Part shown: positions 53,317-62,716 of the stretch, piece by piece
Layout: each line of letters begins with the position of its first letter
How positions within the stretch are numbered: the stretch's first letter is position 1
Origin: an uncultured Chloroflexia bacterium
GTDB taxonomy: Bacteria; Chloroflexota; Limnocylindria; Limnocylindrales; CSP1-4
NCBI GenBank assembly: GCA_963817745.1
Contig: CAWFPC010000004.1
Location: 41,389 to 105,388 of the forward strand
Length of the DNA: 64,000 nucleotides
Direction of reading: 5' to 3'
The notes under the pieces: generated by a model
Told to the model about the DNA's origin: nothing
Seen by the model: only the letters and a program-made list of their open reading frames with translations
The model's database searches: none
Translations under genes and position numbers: made by a program

Positions 53317-54326
53317 TCATCGCCGGTAGAACGGCGAGCTCGCGGGCGCGTCGAGCAAGCCGCGTCAGGTCGATCGTCGAGGCGCATGATCGTCAGCGAC
53401 GCGCCGGCCATCTCGAGGCTCGTCGCGAACTCGCCGACGAACGGCCGGTGGACTTCGACGTCACGTCGCACGAGCCCAGCGTGCACCCGTCGGTACAGGA
53501 TGTACAGCTCCTCGAGCGGCGTCGCGCCGAGGCCGTTGACGAGGACGGCCACCGCGGTCGCCACGCGGCGAGCGCGAGATCGGTCGGCGATCGCGTCGAG
53601 CAGGGCGTCGGCGACCTGGTCGGCCGGTCTCCAGCGGTCCGCGCCGGACGCCGGGCTCGCCGTGGATGCCGATCCCGATCTCCATCTCGCCGTCGGCGAG
53701 CTCGAAGGTCGGCTTGCCGGCCGCGGGCAGGATCGTCGGCGACAGCCCGACGCCCATCGATCGCGTGTTGGCCAGCGCATGACGCGTCACGTCGGCGACC
53801 TCGTCGAGCGACGCGCCGGCCTCGGCCGCCGCGCCCGCGCACCTTGTAGGCGAAGAACAGGCCGGCGACGCCGCGGCGCGACGCCGCGCGTTCGGGCGGG
53901 GCCGATGCGACGTCGTCGGCGACGAGGACCGTGCTCGACGGTGATGCCCTCGGCCTCGGCCATCTCCGCGGCGAGGTCGAAGTTCATGACGTCGCCGCCG
54001 TAGTTGCCGTACAGGTAGAGCACGCCCGCACCGCCGTCGACGCGCCTTGGTCGCGTCGAGGATCTGGTCCATCGACGGGGACGAGAAGACGTTGCCGACG
54101 GCGACGCCCGAGCACAGCCCCACGCCGACGAACCCGAGGAAGACCGGGAGATGGCCCGAGCCGCCGCCGGTCACGATGCCGACGTGTCCGTCGACCGGCG
54201 CGTCGGCGCGCACGATGGATCGGCGGTCCGGGCCGCGGCGGCCTTGAGCTGGTCCGGGTGCGCGGTCAGGATGCCGTCGAGCATCTCGTCGACGAACGCC
54301 GACGGATCGTTGATGAGCTTCTTCAA
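53317..54326 (-). pseudogene. dhaK: dihydroxyacetone kinase, dihydroxyacetone-binding subunit (DhaK domain); at least 4 frame switches
   Basis: TTG at 54326 follows GAGGGAG. LKKLINDPSAFVDEMLDGI, VGIVTGGGSGHLPVFLGFVG (ORF 53461..54213), LYLYGNYGGDVMNF (ORF 53787..54023), [36 protein letters not shown] and [15 protein letters not shown] (ORF 52038..53780). Confidence 0.75.
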
Positions 54327-54358
54327 CTGACTCCCTCGCCCCCTCGTATGCTCACGTC

Positions 54359-54769
54359 ATGACCATCCCGTCCCCCGAACGCCAGGCCGAGTTCCTGGCC
54401 ATCATGCCAAACGCCATCGTGGCGACCGTCTACCCCGACGGCACGCCCCAGCTCACCCCGAACTGGTACCTGTGGACCGGCGAGGAGTTCTGGGTCAGCA
54501 CCGCCGAGCGCACCGTGAAGACGCGCAACCTGCGGCGCGATCCGCGGATCGTGCTGTGCATCGACGATCCGGTGAGCGGCGACTACGTCCAGGTCACCGG
54601 CAGGGCGCAGATCATCGATGGCGAGGCCGCCCGCGAGCCGACGTTGGAGCTGTGCCGCAAGTACATGGCGGACGAGGCGGTGGTCCCGCACTGGGAATCG
54701 ATCCAGTACGAGGGGCCGCGGATCGTCATCGCGGTCCGTCCGGACCGCTTCCAGTGGCACGACCGCTGA
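54359..54769 (+). CDS. pyridoxamine 5'-phosphate oxidase-family (F420/FMN-binding split-barrel) protein
   Basis: Intact 136-aa ORF. ATVYPDGTPQLTPNWYLWTGEEFWVSTAERTVKTRNLRRDPRIVLCIDD is typical of the PPOX-class/TIGR03618-like family. Confidence 0.8.
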   Translation: MTIPSPERQAEFLAIMPNAIVATVYPDGTPQLTPNWYLWTGEEFWVSTAERTVKTRNLRRDPRIVLCIDDPVSGDYVQVTGRAQIIDGEAAREPTLELCRKYMADEAVVPHWESIQYEGPRIVIAVRPDRFQWHDR

Positions 54770-54770
54770 G

Positions 54771-55400
54771 CTAGCCCGCAACGCCGGATCGCACCGGCGT
54801 CAGGCGCACCTCCGAGAACGCCCCGTGCGCCGAGCTCAGCGATCGCCCGAGCTTCGGCTGCCAGACGTCGTCATCGAACGGCTCGCCCGGGACGACGGCG
54901 CCGTCGATCGCGAGCCGCGCCCGCGGGGCACCGACCATCATCGCCCAGATGTCCTCGAGGTCGCTGAAGCCACCGCCCTCGCCATCGACCCAGAACGGCG
55001 GGTCGGGATCGAGCCAGCGCGCCTCGATCTCGCGGGCGCCGAGCGCGCCGCCTGCGTCGGTGCGGATCAGGAACCCGAAGCCATCCGGTCCATACGGGAT
55101 GCGCTCGAAGCGCGCGGGGACCGGCGGCGGCGCGAGTGCCGCGCGTGGCTCGCCCATCGCGCCGAGCCGTGCCTGCTGTCGGGCGCCGAGGCCCGGATCG
55201 TCGGTGAGCGTCGCCACGATCGGACCGCCCGGCGCGCCCGGCACCTCGAGCAGCGCCACGTGGCCGGCGCCGAGCGAGGCCGAGTACGCGATGGCGTAGA
55301 GGCTGAGGAACCCGGTCTCGACGCCCGCGCCGTCGCGCAGCGTGATGACGAGGTGATCCCAGCAATGGATGACGTCGCCTGGGTGCGTGCTCGCGGGCAT
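54771..55400 (-). CDS. hypothetical protein, immediately downstream of and co-oriented with the intact XDH-family Mo subunit
   Basis: Intact 209-aa ORF with high third-position GC, 6 nt after the upstream stop. No recognisable motif. Confidence 0.55.
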   Translation of the reverse strand: MPASTHPGDVIHCWDHLVITLRDGAGVETGFLSLYAIAYSASLGAGHVALLEVPGAPGGPIVATLTDDPGLGARQQARLGAMGEPRAALAPPPVPARFERIPYGPDGFGFLIRTDAGGALGAREIEARWLDPDPPFWVDGEGGGFSDLEDIWAMMVGAPRARLAIDGAVVPGEPFDDDVWQPKLGRSLSSAHGAFSEVRLTPVRSGVAG

Positions 55401-55406
55401 CGGTGG

Positions 55407-57710
55407 TCAGCCCCCGTCGTTGATCGCGGCCCACACGCGCCGCGGCGTCATCGGCATCTCGCGCACGCGCGGTCCACCGGCCGCGACGATGGCCGACCCG
55501 ATCGCGGCCCCGGCCGGGATCACCGGCGCCTCGCCGATCCCCTTCGCGCCGAACGGACCGTCCGGCGCCGGCACCTCCACGACGACGGCGTCGATGTCGG
55601 GCACGTGGGTGGCGCGCGGCACCGTGTAGTCGAGCCACGACCCGGTGAGCAGCTGGCCCTCCTCGTCGTGGATCATGGCCTCGTGGAGCGCCCAGCCGAT
55701 GCCCTGGACCGCGCCACCGACCATCTGGCCCTCGACGAGCGCCGGGTTGAGCGCCTTCCCGACGTCCTGGACGATGACGTAGCCGAGCACGGTCACGACC
55801 CCGGTCTCGCGATCGAGCCGGACATGCGCGATGTGCGCCGAAGTGCCTGGCGCGAGGCTGCCCTGGACGGTCGTGGCGTGGCCCTCGACCGGCGGGTGGC
55901 CGCTGCCGAAGTCGTGGAGCTCGCTGGCGAAATCGGCCACGGACCGGCCGAGATCGGGTGAGCCGACCGGCCGGACCATGCCGTCGACGATCTCGAGGTC
56001 GCCGGGGTCGATCTCCATCTCGTGTGCGGCGAACGCGAGCAGCTGGCGACGGGCATCGGCCGCCGCTTCGCGGATGGCCCGTCCCGCCGAGTAGGTCACG
56101 ACGCTGCCGCCGCTCATCGGCGACTGCGGGGCGCCGTCGGTGTCGAGCGCGATGACGTCGACGGCCGCCGGAGCGATGCCGAATGTCTCGGCCGCGATCG
56201 TCTCGAAGGCCGAGGTCGTCCCGCTCATGTCCACGACGCCGGTCGTGATCGTCAGCGTCCCGTCGGCGTTGAGGCGGCACAGCGCGGCGGCCGGTTCCTT
56301 GCCGCCCGGCCACACCCCGACCGCGATGCCGACGCCCTCGTCGGGCGGCAGGTCGGCGCGCTCGCGCCACATCCGATGTTCGCGCGCCGCCTCGAGGATC
56401 TGGCGATGGCCGATCTCCGGCCATGGCTCGCCATCGACCATCGTCTCGCCCTCGGCGGCGAGGTTCTGGAGCCGGAACTCGATCGGGTCGAGCCCGAGCT
56501 TGCCGGCGAGCTCGTCGAGCACCGATTCGATCGCGAACGCCGCCTGCGGGCCGCCCGGCCCGCGATACGAGCCCGTCCCGAATCGATTGGTTCGCACGCC
56601 GTACGCGCGGACGTCGAAGGCGCCCCAGCGGTAGAAGCCACCGACCAGGACCGCGGCGATCCCCTCGATGGACCACTCGGTGTAGGCGCCCGCATCGAAG
56701 ACCATCCGCGCGTCGAGCCCGGTGAGCGTGCCATCGGCGGTGGCACCGACCCGCAGGTCCATCCGGGCGGCCGGGGCCGGGTTCGTGGCCGCCATGTCGT
56801 CCCGTCGCGGGAGGACGAGCCGCACCGGCCGTCCCAGGATGAGCGTCGCCCCGGCGACGAGCGGGTCGACGACCAGGATCTTGGACCCGAAGGAGCCGCC
56901 CAGCGGCGTCGCCCGGACGCGGACCTGGGCCATGGTCTTGCCGTAGATCTTCGCGATCTGCTTGCGGACGTAGAAGATGCCCTGCGTCGCGGTGGACAGG
57001 TTGAGCGTGCCATCCGGGTCCACCCAGGCCGTCGCCGCGTGCGGCTCGATGTATGCCTGGTGCACCCAGCTCGTCCGGAAGCTGGCCTCGACGGTGGCCG
57101 CGGATGCGGCGAGCGCGGCCTCGGTCTCGCCGCTCGCGTAGCGCTGGCGATTGATGACGTTCGCCGACAGGTCCTCGACCGCGAGCTCGGCGCCTTCGCC
57201 GCCCACCGCGGCGTGGGCCGCCTTGGCCGATCCACCCTCGGCGTCCTCGTCGGTGACGATCGACGTGAGCCGGGCGAGCGGGCTGTCGGGGAGCATCGCC
57301 GCCTCGAGGTCGTGGACGACCGGGAGGCGCTCCGCGTCGACCATCACGAGCCCCACCGCGTCGGCCGCGGCGGACTCGCTCTCGGCCACGACGAGGGCCA
57401 CGGGTTGCCCGACGAACAGCGCCTCTTCGCGGGCGAGCGGCTCGAACATCCGCATGTCGTCCGAGCCGACGATCGGCAGGTCGGCGGCGGTCAGCACGGC
57501 GACGACGCCGGGGACGGCGAGCGCGGCGGACGCGTCGATCGAGCGGATCCGGGCGTGCGCGTAGACGCTCGGGACGATGCGTGCGTGGAGCAGGCCGATC
57601 ACGGGCAGGTCGGCGGCGTACCGCGTGATGCCGCGGACCTTGTCGACCGAATCCGGGCGAGGGCGCGCGACCCCCACGACTCCCGTCGCGTCGGGTGCGC
57701 GAACCGTCAT
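55407..57710 (-). CDS. xanthine dehydrogenase/aldehyde oxidase-family molybdopterin-binding subunit (intact)
   Basis: ATG at 57710 follows GGAGGAGGAG. VDKVRGITRYAADL, GGSFGSK, RTNRFGTGSYRGPGGPQAAFAIE, GGSVVTYS and FGAKGIGEAPVIP. No adjacent 2Fe-2S or FAD subunit genes. Confidence 0.88.
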   Translation of the reverse strand: MTVRAPDATGVVGVARPRPDSVDKVRGITRYAADLPVIGLLHARIVPSVYAHARIRSIDASAALAVPGVVAVLTAADLPIVGSDDMRMFEPLAREEALFVGQPVALVVAESESAAADAVGLVMVDAERLPVVHDLEAAMLPDSPLARLTSIVTDEDAEGGSAKAAHAAVGGEGAELAVEDLSANVINRQRYASGETEAALAASAATVEASFRTSWVHQAYIEPHAATAWVDPDGTLNLSTATQGIFYVRKQIAKIYGKTMAQVRVRATPLGGSFGSKILVVDPLVAGATLILGRPVRLVLPRRDDMAATNPAPAARMDLRVGATADGTLTGLDARMVFDAGAYTEWSIEGIAAVLVGGFYRWGAFDVRAYGVRTNRFGTGSYRGPGGPQAAFAIESVLDELAGKLGLDPIEFRLQNLAAEGETMVDGEPWPEIGHRQILEAAREHRMWRERADLPPDEGVGIAVGVWPGGKEPAAALCRLNADGTLTITTGVVDMSGTTSAFETIAAETFGIAPAAVDVIALDTDGAPQSPMSGGSVVTYSAGRAIREAAADARRQLLAFAAHEMEIDPGDLEIVDGMVRPVGSPDLGRSVADFASELHDFGSGHPPVEGHATTVQGSLAPGTSAHIAHVRLDRETGVVTVLGYVIVQDVGKALNPALVEGQMVGGAVQGIGWALHEAMIHDEEGQLLTGSWLDYTVPRATHVPDIDAVVVEVPAPDGPFGAKGIGEAPVIPAGAAIGSAIVAAGGPRVREMPMTPRRVWAAINDGG

Positions 57711-57757
57711 CGACTCCTCCTCCGAAACGCGGCCGACCATCGCGGCTGTCGCTAAGA

Positions 57758-57780
57758 TTGTCGACAATCGACAGTCGACA
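57758..57780. promoter_or_regulatory. operator-like palindrome and heptad repeats between the XDH-family gene and the AstE-like gene
   Basis: Perfect palindrome TTGTCGACAA (57758-57767). TCGACA occurs three times at 7-bp spacing (57761, 57768 and 57775). Confidence 0.35.
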
Positions 57781-57837
57781 GGTCAAGGCAGGTGCACCGC
57801 CCGTGTGGATGTCCGAGCGAACCCGGCAGGCTCCATC

Positions 57838-58792
57838 GTGACGTATCCGGCCCGTCGCCGGATCGCCACGACGCCGGGCACCGACGACGGTTTCACGATC
57901 GTCGACATCGCCGGTGCGGCGGACGGGCCGACGCTGTCGGTGGTCGGCGGGGTCCACGGCGACGAGTTCGAGGGCGTCGTTCGCGTGCCTGCGGCTCGCC
58001 GAGGAGCTGGCCGATGTGCCGATCCGCGGCCGGCTCCGGCTCGTGCCGGTCGCCCACGAGGCGGCCCACGTCGCGAGCCTGCGCTCCTCCCCTGTCGACG
58101 GGCGCAACCTCGCCCGGACGTTCCCGGGCGACCCTGCGGGCGAACCGACCGAGCGCCTCGCCGACGCGTTGCGGACGGAGGTCATCGACGGCTCGGACAT
58201 GTTCGTCGACCTGCACAGCGCCGGCACCGCGTACGCGATGCCGCTGCTCGTCGGGTGGTGCGATCACGGCTGTGCCGCCTGCGAGGCGAGTGGCGCGGCC
58301 GCGGCGGCGTTCGCGGCTCCCGTGCTCTGGCGCCACGCCGGCCCCGTGCCGCCCGGCCGGACGCTGTCCGCCGCGCACGACGCCGGCATCCCGTCGATCT
58401 ACGCCGAGGCAGCCGGCGGCGGCACGGTCACGCCGGACGCCGTCGACGTCTACGTCGCGGGGATCCGCCGGTTGATGACGCACCTGGGCATGCTCGACGA
58501 GCCCGGCGTCGCGCCACCAGAGCGGCCGCCGCTGCGCCTCGTCGGCGAGGGGAACCTCGACGTGCCGGCGATGGTCGCGCCGTTCGACGGGATCTGCCAG
58601 ACGCTCGTCGGGCCGCTGGACGAGGTTGCGCAGGGACAGGTCGTGGCAGTCGTGACCGACCCGATCACGGGCGAGCGGGCCGAGGTCGCGGCCATCGGGT
58701 CGGGCGTCGTCGTCCTCGCCCGCCGTGGCGCCCGCGTCAGCCGCGACGAGAACCTCGTGGTCCTCGCCCAGCACGACGAGGGACGTGCCTAG
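57838..58792 (+). pseudogene. succinylglutamate desuccinylase/aspartoacylase (AstE/AspA, M14-like) family deacylase; one frame switch near 57975
   Basis: GPTLSVVGGVHGDEFEG is in the frame of ORF 57577..58845. CLRLAEELADVPIRGRLRLVPVAHEAA...NLARTFPG...FVDLHSAG is in ORF 57914..58792. Confidence 0.7.
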
Positions 58793-58869
58793 CGCCGCCC
58801 ATCCGCACCGCCATTCCACACCGATCAGCCGACCTCGCCACCTGACACCAGTCCCGGAGGTTCACCCGA

Positions 58870-59969
58870 ATGCTCGACGTCCGCGCCACCGGTCTCGTCT
58901 ACCGCAATCCCAGGCCGGAGCTCCGATCCCGCCATACCTGGCACCCGACCCTGACCCGGTTCGACGACGGCGAGCTGCTCGTGACCTTCGACATCGCCGA
59001 GGCGGACGTCGTCGCTCGACTACCGGACGTACTCGACGCATTCGACCGACGGCGGCGCGACCTGGACATCGCCCGAGCGCGTGGTCCCGGATCCGCCCGG
59101 CCGCCCGACGACCCAGTCGGTGCGGCTCGTCGCGGGTGTCCGACGGGTCGGTCGTGGCGATGGGTGCCCTGATGTACCGCGACGACCCCGAGTGGAGCGT
59201 CGTCAACAGCCCGACCCTGGGCTACACGGAGATGGAGCTGATCCTCACCCGCAGCACCGATCGCGGGCACACCTGGAGCCCGATGGAGCGGATCGAGCCG
59301 CCGCTCGTCGGGCCGGCCTTCGAGGTCTGCCATTCGATCGTCGAGCTGCGCGACGGTCGCTGGGTCTGGCCGACGTCGACGTGGATGGGCTGGGACGGCG
59401 ACGCACCGAACGGCATGAACGCGATCCTGCTGCTCTCCGAGGACCAGGGGCAAACCTGGCCGTCGTACATCACCGAGTTCGACCGCTGGGCGGAGCGCAT
59501 GATCCACTGGGAGCAGCACTTCCTGGAGCTCGCGGACGGCCGGTGGCTGACCGTCGCCTGGGTCGTGAACGCCGACAGCGGCAAGACCCAGCCGACGCCG
59601 TACGCGGTGAGCAGCGACAAGGGCGCGACCTGGACCCGGGGCCTGACGGGCTTCCTCGCCCAGACGACCAAGACCATCGAGCTGCCCGACGGCCGCATCC
59701 TCGCGGCGTACCGGCGGAACGACGAGCCCGGCCTGTGGGCCACGATCGCCCACCTCGAGGGCGACACGTGGGTCAACGACGAGACGATCGCGCTGTGGCG
59801 CGGCCAGTCGTCGGGCATGAGCGGCGACTCGAATCCCGGGGCGGAGCTCGCGCAGCTCAAGTTCGGGTTCCCGCAGATGGTCCTCGAGCCGGACGGCTCG
59901 GTCTACCTCGTCTTCTGGTGCGAGGAGGACTGCATCAAGAACATCCGCTGGCTGCGGATCACGGTGTGA
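58870..59969 (+). pseudogene. BNR-repeat sialidase/exo-alpha-sialidase-like beta-propeller protein (no signal peptide); at least 3 frame switches
   Basis: Three BNR motifs (STDRGHTWS, SEDQGQTWP, SSDKGATWT) are in ORF 58725..59969. The N-terminus MLDVRATGLVYRNPRPELRSRHTWHPTL is in ORF 58870..59172. A bridging piece is in ORF 59081..59977. Confidence 0.7.
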
Positions 59970-59973
59970 GGGT

Positions 59974-61114
59974 ATGAGCCGTCTGGACGATCTCGGCGTC
60001 ACGCCCCTCATCAACGCGGCGGGGACCTACACGATCCTCGGCGGCTCGCGACTGGCGCCGCCGGTGATCGCCGCGATGGCCGAGGCCTCGCAGACATTCC
60101 TGGACTTCGAGCTGCTGTCGGCGCAGGTGGGCAAGCGGCTGGCCGAGATCACCCGGAACGAAGCCGCCGTCGTGACCAGCGGCGCCGCTGCCGGCGTCGC
60201 GATCGCGATCGCCGCGTGCGTGGCCGGAACGGATGCCGCGCGGATCGCTTCGTTCCCGGCGACCGGGTCAGCCGGCACGCGTCATCGTGCAGCGACACCA
60301 GCGCAACGGCTATGACTACTCGGTGCGCATGACCGGGGTCCAGCTCGTCGAGATCGGCGGCGATGCCGGGGCGACGCTCGACCAGCTGGAGGCTGCGCTC
60401 GTCGACGGGGCCGCGTGCGTCTTCGCATTCGTCGGTGAGCAGTACGACCGCGGAGCGATCCCGATCGACGACCTGATCGAGGCGGCGCACCGGCACGGTG
60501 TCCCGGTCGTGATCGATGCCGCTGCCGGCGTCCCGCCCATCGCAACGCTGTGGCAGCTCACGGGCGCGGGCGCCGACCTCGTCGTCTTCAGCGGCGGGAA
60601 GGGTCTGCGCGGACCGCAATCCACCGGGATGGTCGTCGGGCGGAGCGACCTGATCACCGCGTGCTCCGCGAACATGAGCCCACACCACGCGATCGGCCGC
60701 CCGATGAAGGTGGGCAAGGAGGAGCTCCTCGGCCTCCTTGCAGCGGTGGAGTGGTCGCTCGCGCAGGACGAGGCGAGCTACCTGGCGTCGCTGGAGCGCC
60801 ATGTCGCCACCTGGATCGATGGCCTGCGCGACATCGCGGGCATCCACGTCGAGCGCGGGGTACCCGCCGCGGCTGCCGAGCCCTTGCCGAGAGCACTCGT
60901 CCGGCTGGATGGGGCGTATCCGGGCGAGCGGGATGCGTTGCTGCGCGCGATCCGCGAGCGAGGCGTGGCGGTCTACATCGATGGTGAAGACTCGCTCGCG
61001 ATCAACCCGCAGACGGTCACGGAGGACGAGGTCGCCCCGGTGCTTGCCGCCGTGCGGACCGTGCTCCTGGCTCGATCGGCGATGGCGACCCCGACGACGA
61101 CGGGGGTGGGGTAG
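59974..61114 (+). pseudogene. SelA/DgaE-like PLP-dependent enzyme (L-seryl-tRNA(Sec) selenium transferase-related; D-glucosaminate-6-phosphate ammonia-lyase-like); one frame switch near 60270
   Basis: LINAAGTYTILGGSRL...VVTSGAAAGVAIAIAACV (ORF 59974..60315), then VIDAAAG...VVFSGGKGLRGPQSTG (PLP-lysine motif of the family) in ORF 60233..61114. Confidence 0.7.
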
Positions 61115-61117
61115 CCA

Positions 61118-61282
61118 TGGGACGCGTCGCAGTTGCGCGACCTGATCGATGCGATCGAGACCGGACGCGACCCGTTCGTCAGCGGCCGCGAAGGCGCGCA
61201 GACCATCTCCTGGCTCGAGGCCGCCGAGCGGTCGGCGGCGAGCGACGAGACCGTCCGACTGCCGTTGTCCGATCCGGCCTGA
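61118..61282 (+). pseudogene. orphan 3' fragment (~54 codons) of a Gfo/Idh/MocA-family oxidoreductase paralog
   Basis: It translates to WDASQLRDLIDAIETGRDPFVSGREGAQTISWLEAAERSAASDETVRLPLSDPA*. This is collinear with the C-terminus of the gene at 62706..63742 on the opposite strand (YASQLRDLMEAIETGRDPFVSGRQGAMTTSWLEAAERSAASGQSVRLPLSDAS*). Confidence 0.6.
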
Positions 61283-61321
61283 CCCCGGCCTGGCGACGAG
61301 CCTGCCCGGTCCGCCAGGCGG

Positions 61322-61879
61322 CTAGGCGGCGAACGAGTACGGCCGCTCGAAGATCTCGCGGATCTGGGGCATGAACGCCTCGACCGGCAACGCGTCGTAG
61401 GCCGGATCGAACGAGGGCGCGTCGTAGTCGGCGCAGAACCGGCGCGTCAGCTCGAAGGCCGGGTGGTCGCGGTACGGATCCAGCATCGCGTCGAGGACGC
61501 CGCTGCCCCAGTAGGCGTGATGGGTGAAGTTCTCCTTCTGGAACAGGCCGTGCATCTTGACCATCCAGTAGTGGTCGTCGTTGATGAACGGTCGGAGCAT
61601 CTCCGCGGCGATCTGCCCGTGGTTCGCCGGCGCGAGCCGATCGGCGGCATCGTGGAACAGGACGCTCACGATGAACTCGGTCGACTCGCCGTTCTTGAGC
61701 GCGCGGGTCGCGGCCTGACGGCTGTGGTCGTACGGGTTGAGCGTGTAGCCGGCCGGATCGCCGCCGCGCAGGCTCTCGAACAGCGCGAGGATCGGCGCCG
61801 CGTAGTCGGTGCGCTCGGCGTCGAGCGCGTCGATGCGATCCCAGTCCTCGCGGGTGGCATCACGCAGGTTCGTGAACAT
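61322..61879 (-). CDS. HD-domain metalloprotein (phosphohydrolase or PhnZ/MIOX-like oxygenase; not distinguishable by eye)
   Basis: Intact 185-aa ORF; the ATG follows GAGGAGG. H...HD signature (DHSRQAATRAL...VSVLFHDAAD). Confidence 0.7.
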   Translation of the reverse strand: MFTNLRDATREDWDRIDALDAERTDYAAPILALFESLRGGDPAGYTLNPYDHSRQAATRALKNGESTEFIVSVLFHDAADRLAPANHGQIAAEMLRPFINDDHYWMVKMHGLFQKENFTHHAYWGSGVLDAMLDPYRDHPAFELTRRFCADYDAPSFDPAYDALPVEAFMPQIREIFERPYSFAA

Positions 61880-61897
61880 CGTCGCCTCCTCGTTCGG

Positions 61898-62716
61898 TCA
61901 TCGCCGAGTGCGTCGGCAGCGCCGGTGCGGTCGGTCGCCGAGGATCTCGGCGAGGCGGCCGCCTCGGTCGTCGAGCCATTTGTACAGGATCTGCATGTCC
62001 GTCCCGATACAGAAGTGGCGGATGCCCTGCTCGAGGAAGTACGCCGCCTCGTCCGGATCGTTGATCTCGGCTCGTGGCTGGACACCGGCGGCCAGGGCTC
62101 GCGCAAGGACGTCGCGTTCGACCGCACGGACGTCGTCCTCGTACCAGCCACCGGGTCGCCCGATGCTCATGGCGTAATCGGCCGGTCCCCACTGGATCAT
62201 GTCGACGCCCGGGACCGCGAGGATCTCGTCGAGTTGCTCGACCGCCTCGCGCTTCTCGATCATCACGACGACCACGATGTCGTTGAGCGCGTCGATGTAG
62301 GCCTGGCTCCCGGCCTCGTTCCAGTAGCTGTTGCGCCGGTCGGCGGCACCGTAGATGCCGCCACCGTCCGGGGTGTCGGGGCGGACGGTGCGGACCGCGG
62401 CCCGAACCTCGTCGGCGTTCCGGATGTCCGCGAACAGCACCGACTGGAACCCGGCACCGACCGCTCGCTGGGCGAGCCACGTCCGCGGCTCCTGGTCGAG
62501 CTTGATCATCGTGCCCAGGCCGTGCAGCTCCGCGGCGCGGCAGAAATGCTCGAGGCCGTGGAGGTCGTACGGCGCGTACTCCCCCGAGAACTCGATGTAG
62601 TCGAACCGCTTGGTATGCCCGACCAGCTCGACGACGGACGGCCACATCGTGTGGAGGTGCGTCCCGACCGACGGCTCTCCGGCCCTGAGCCGCTCCCGAA
62701 GGCGGTTAGGACGCAT
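61898..62716 (-). CDS. HpcH/HpaI-family 2-keto-3-deoxy-acid aldolase
   Basis: Intact 272-aa ORF. RFDYIEFSGEYAPYD (the family DxEH-type region), MIKLDQ, VVMIEKREAVEQLDEILAVPGVDMIQWGPADY. The start overlaps the upstream stop. Confidence 0.85.
   Translation of the reverse strand: MRPNRLRERLRAGEPSVGTHLHTMWPSVVELVGHTKRFDYIEFSGEYAPYDLHGLEHFCRAAELHGLGTMIKLDQEPRTWLAQRAVGAGFQSVLFADIRNADEVRAAVRTVRPDTPDGGGIYGAADRRNSYWNEAGSQAYIDALNDIVVVVMIEKREAVEQLDEILAVPGVDMIQWGPADYAMSIGRPGGWYEDDVRAVERDVLARALAAGVQPRAEINDPDEAAYFLEQGIRHFCIGTDMQILYKWLDDRGGRLAEILGDRPHRRCRRTRR

Noticed and set aside
54871-58227. Very long alternative-frame or antisense ORFs. Examples are 54871..58227 (-, 1118 aa), 4220..6247 (-, 675 aa), 646..2325 (-, 559 aa), 21948..23168 (-) and 34333..35670 (+).
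   Set aside because: All are Arg/Pro/Gly/Ala-rich with no motifs. They lie over, or antisense to, ORFs with clear homology signatures. Stop-poor off-frames are expected at this GC content.
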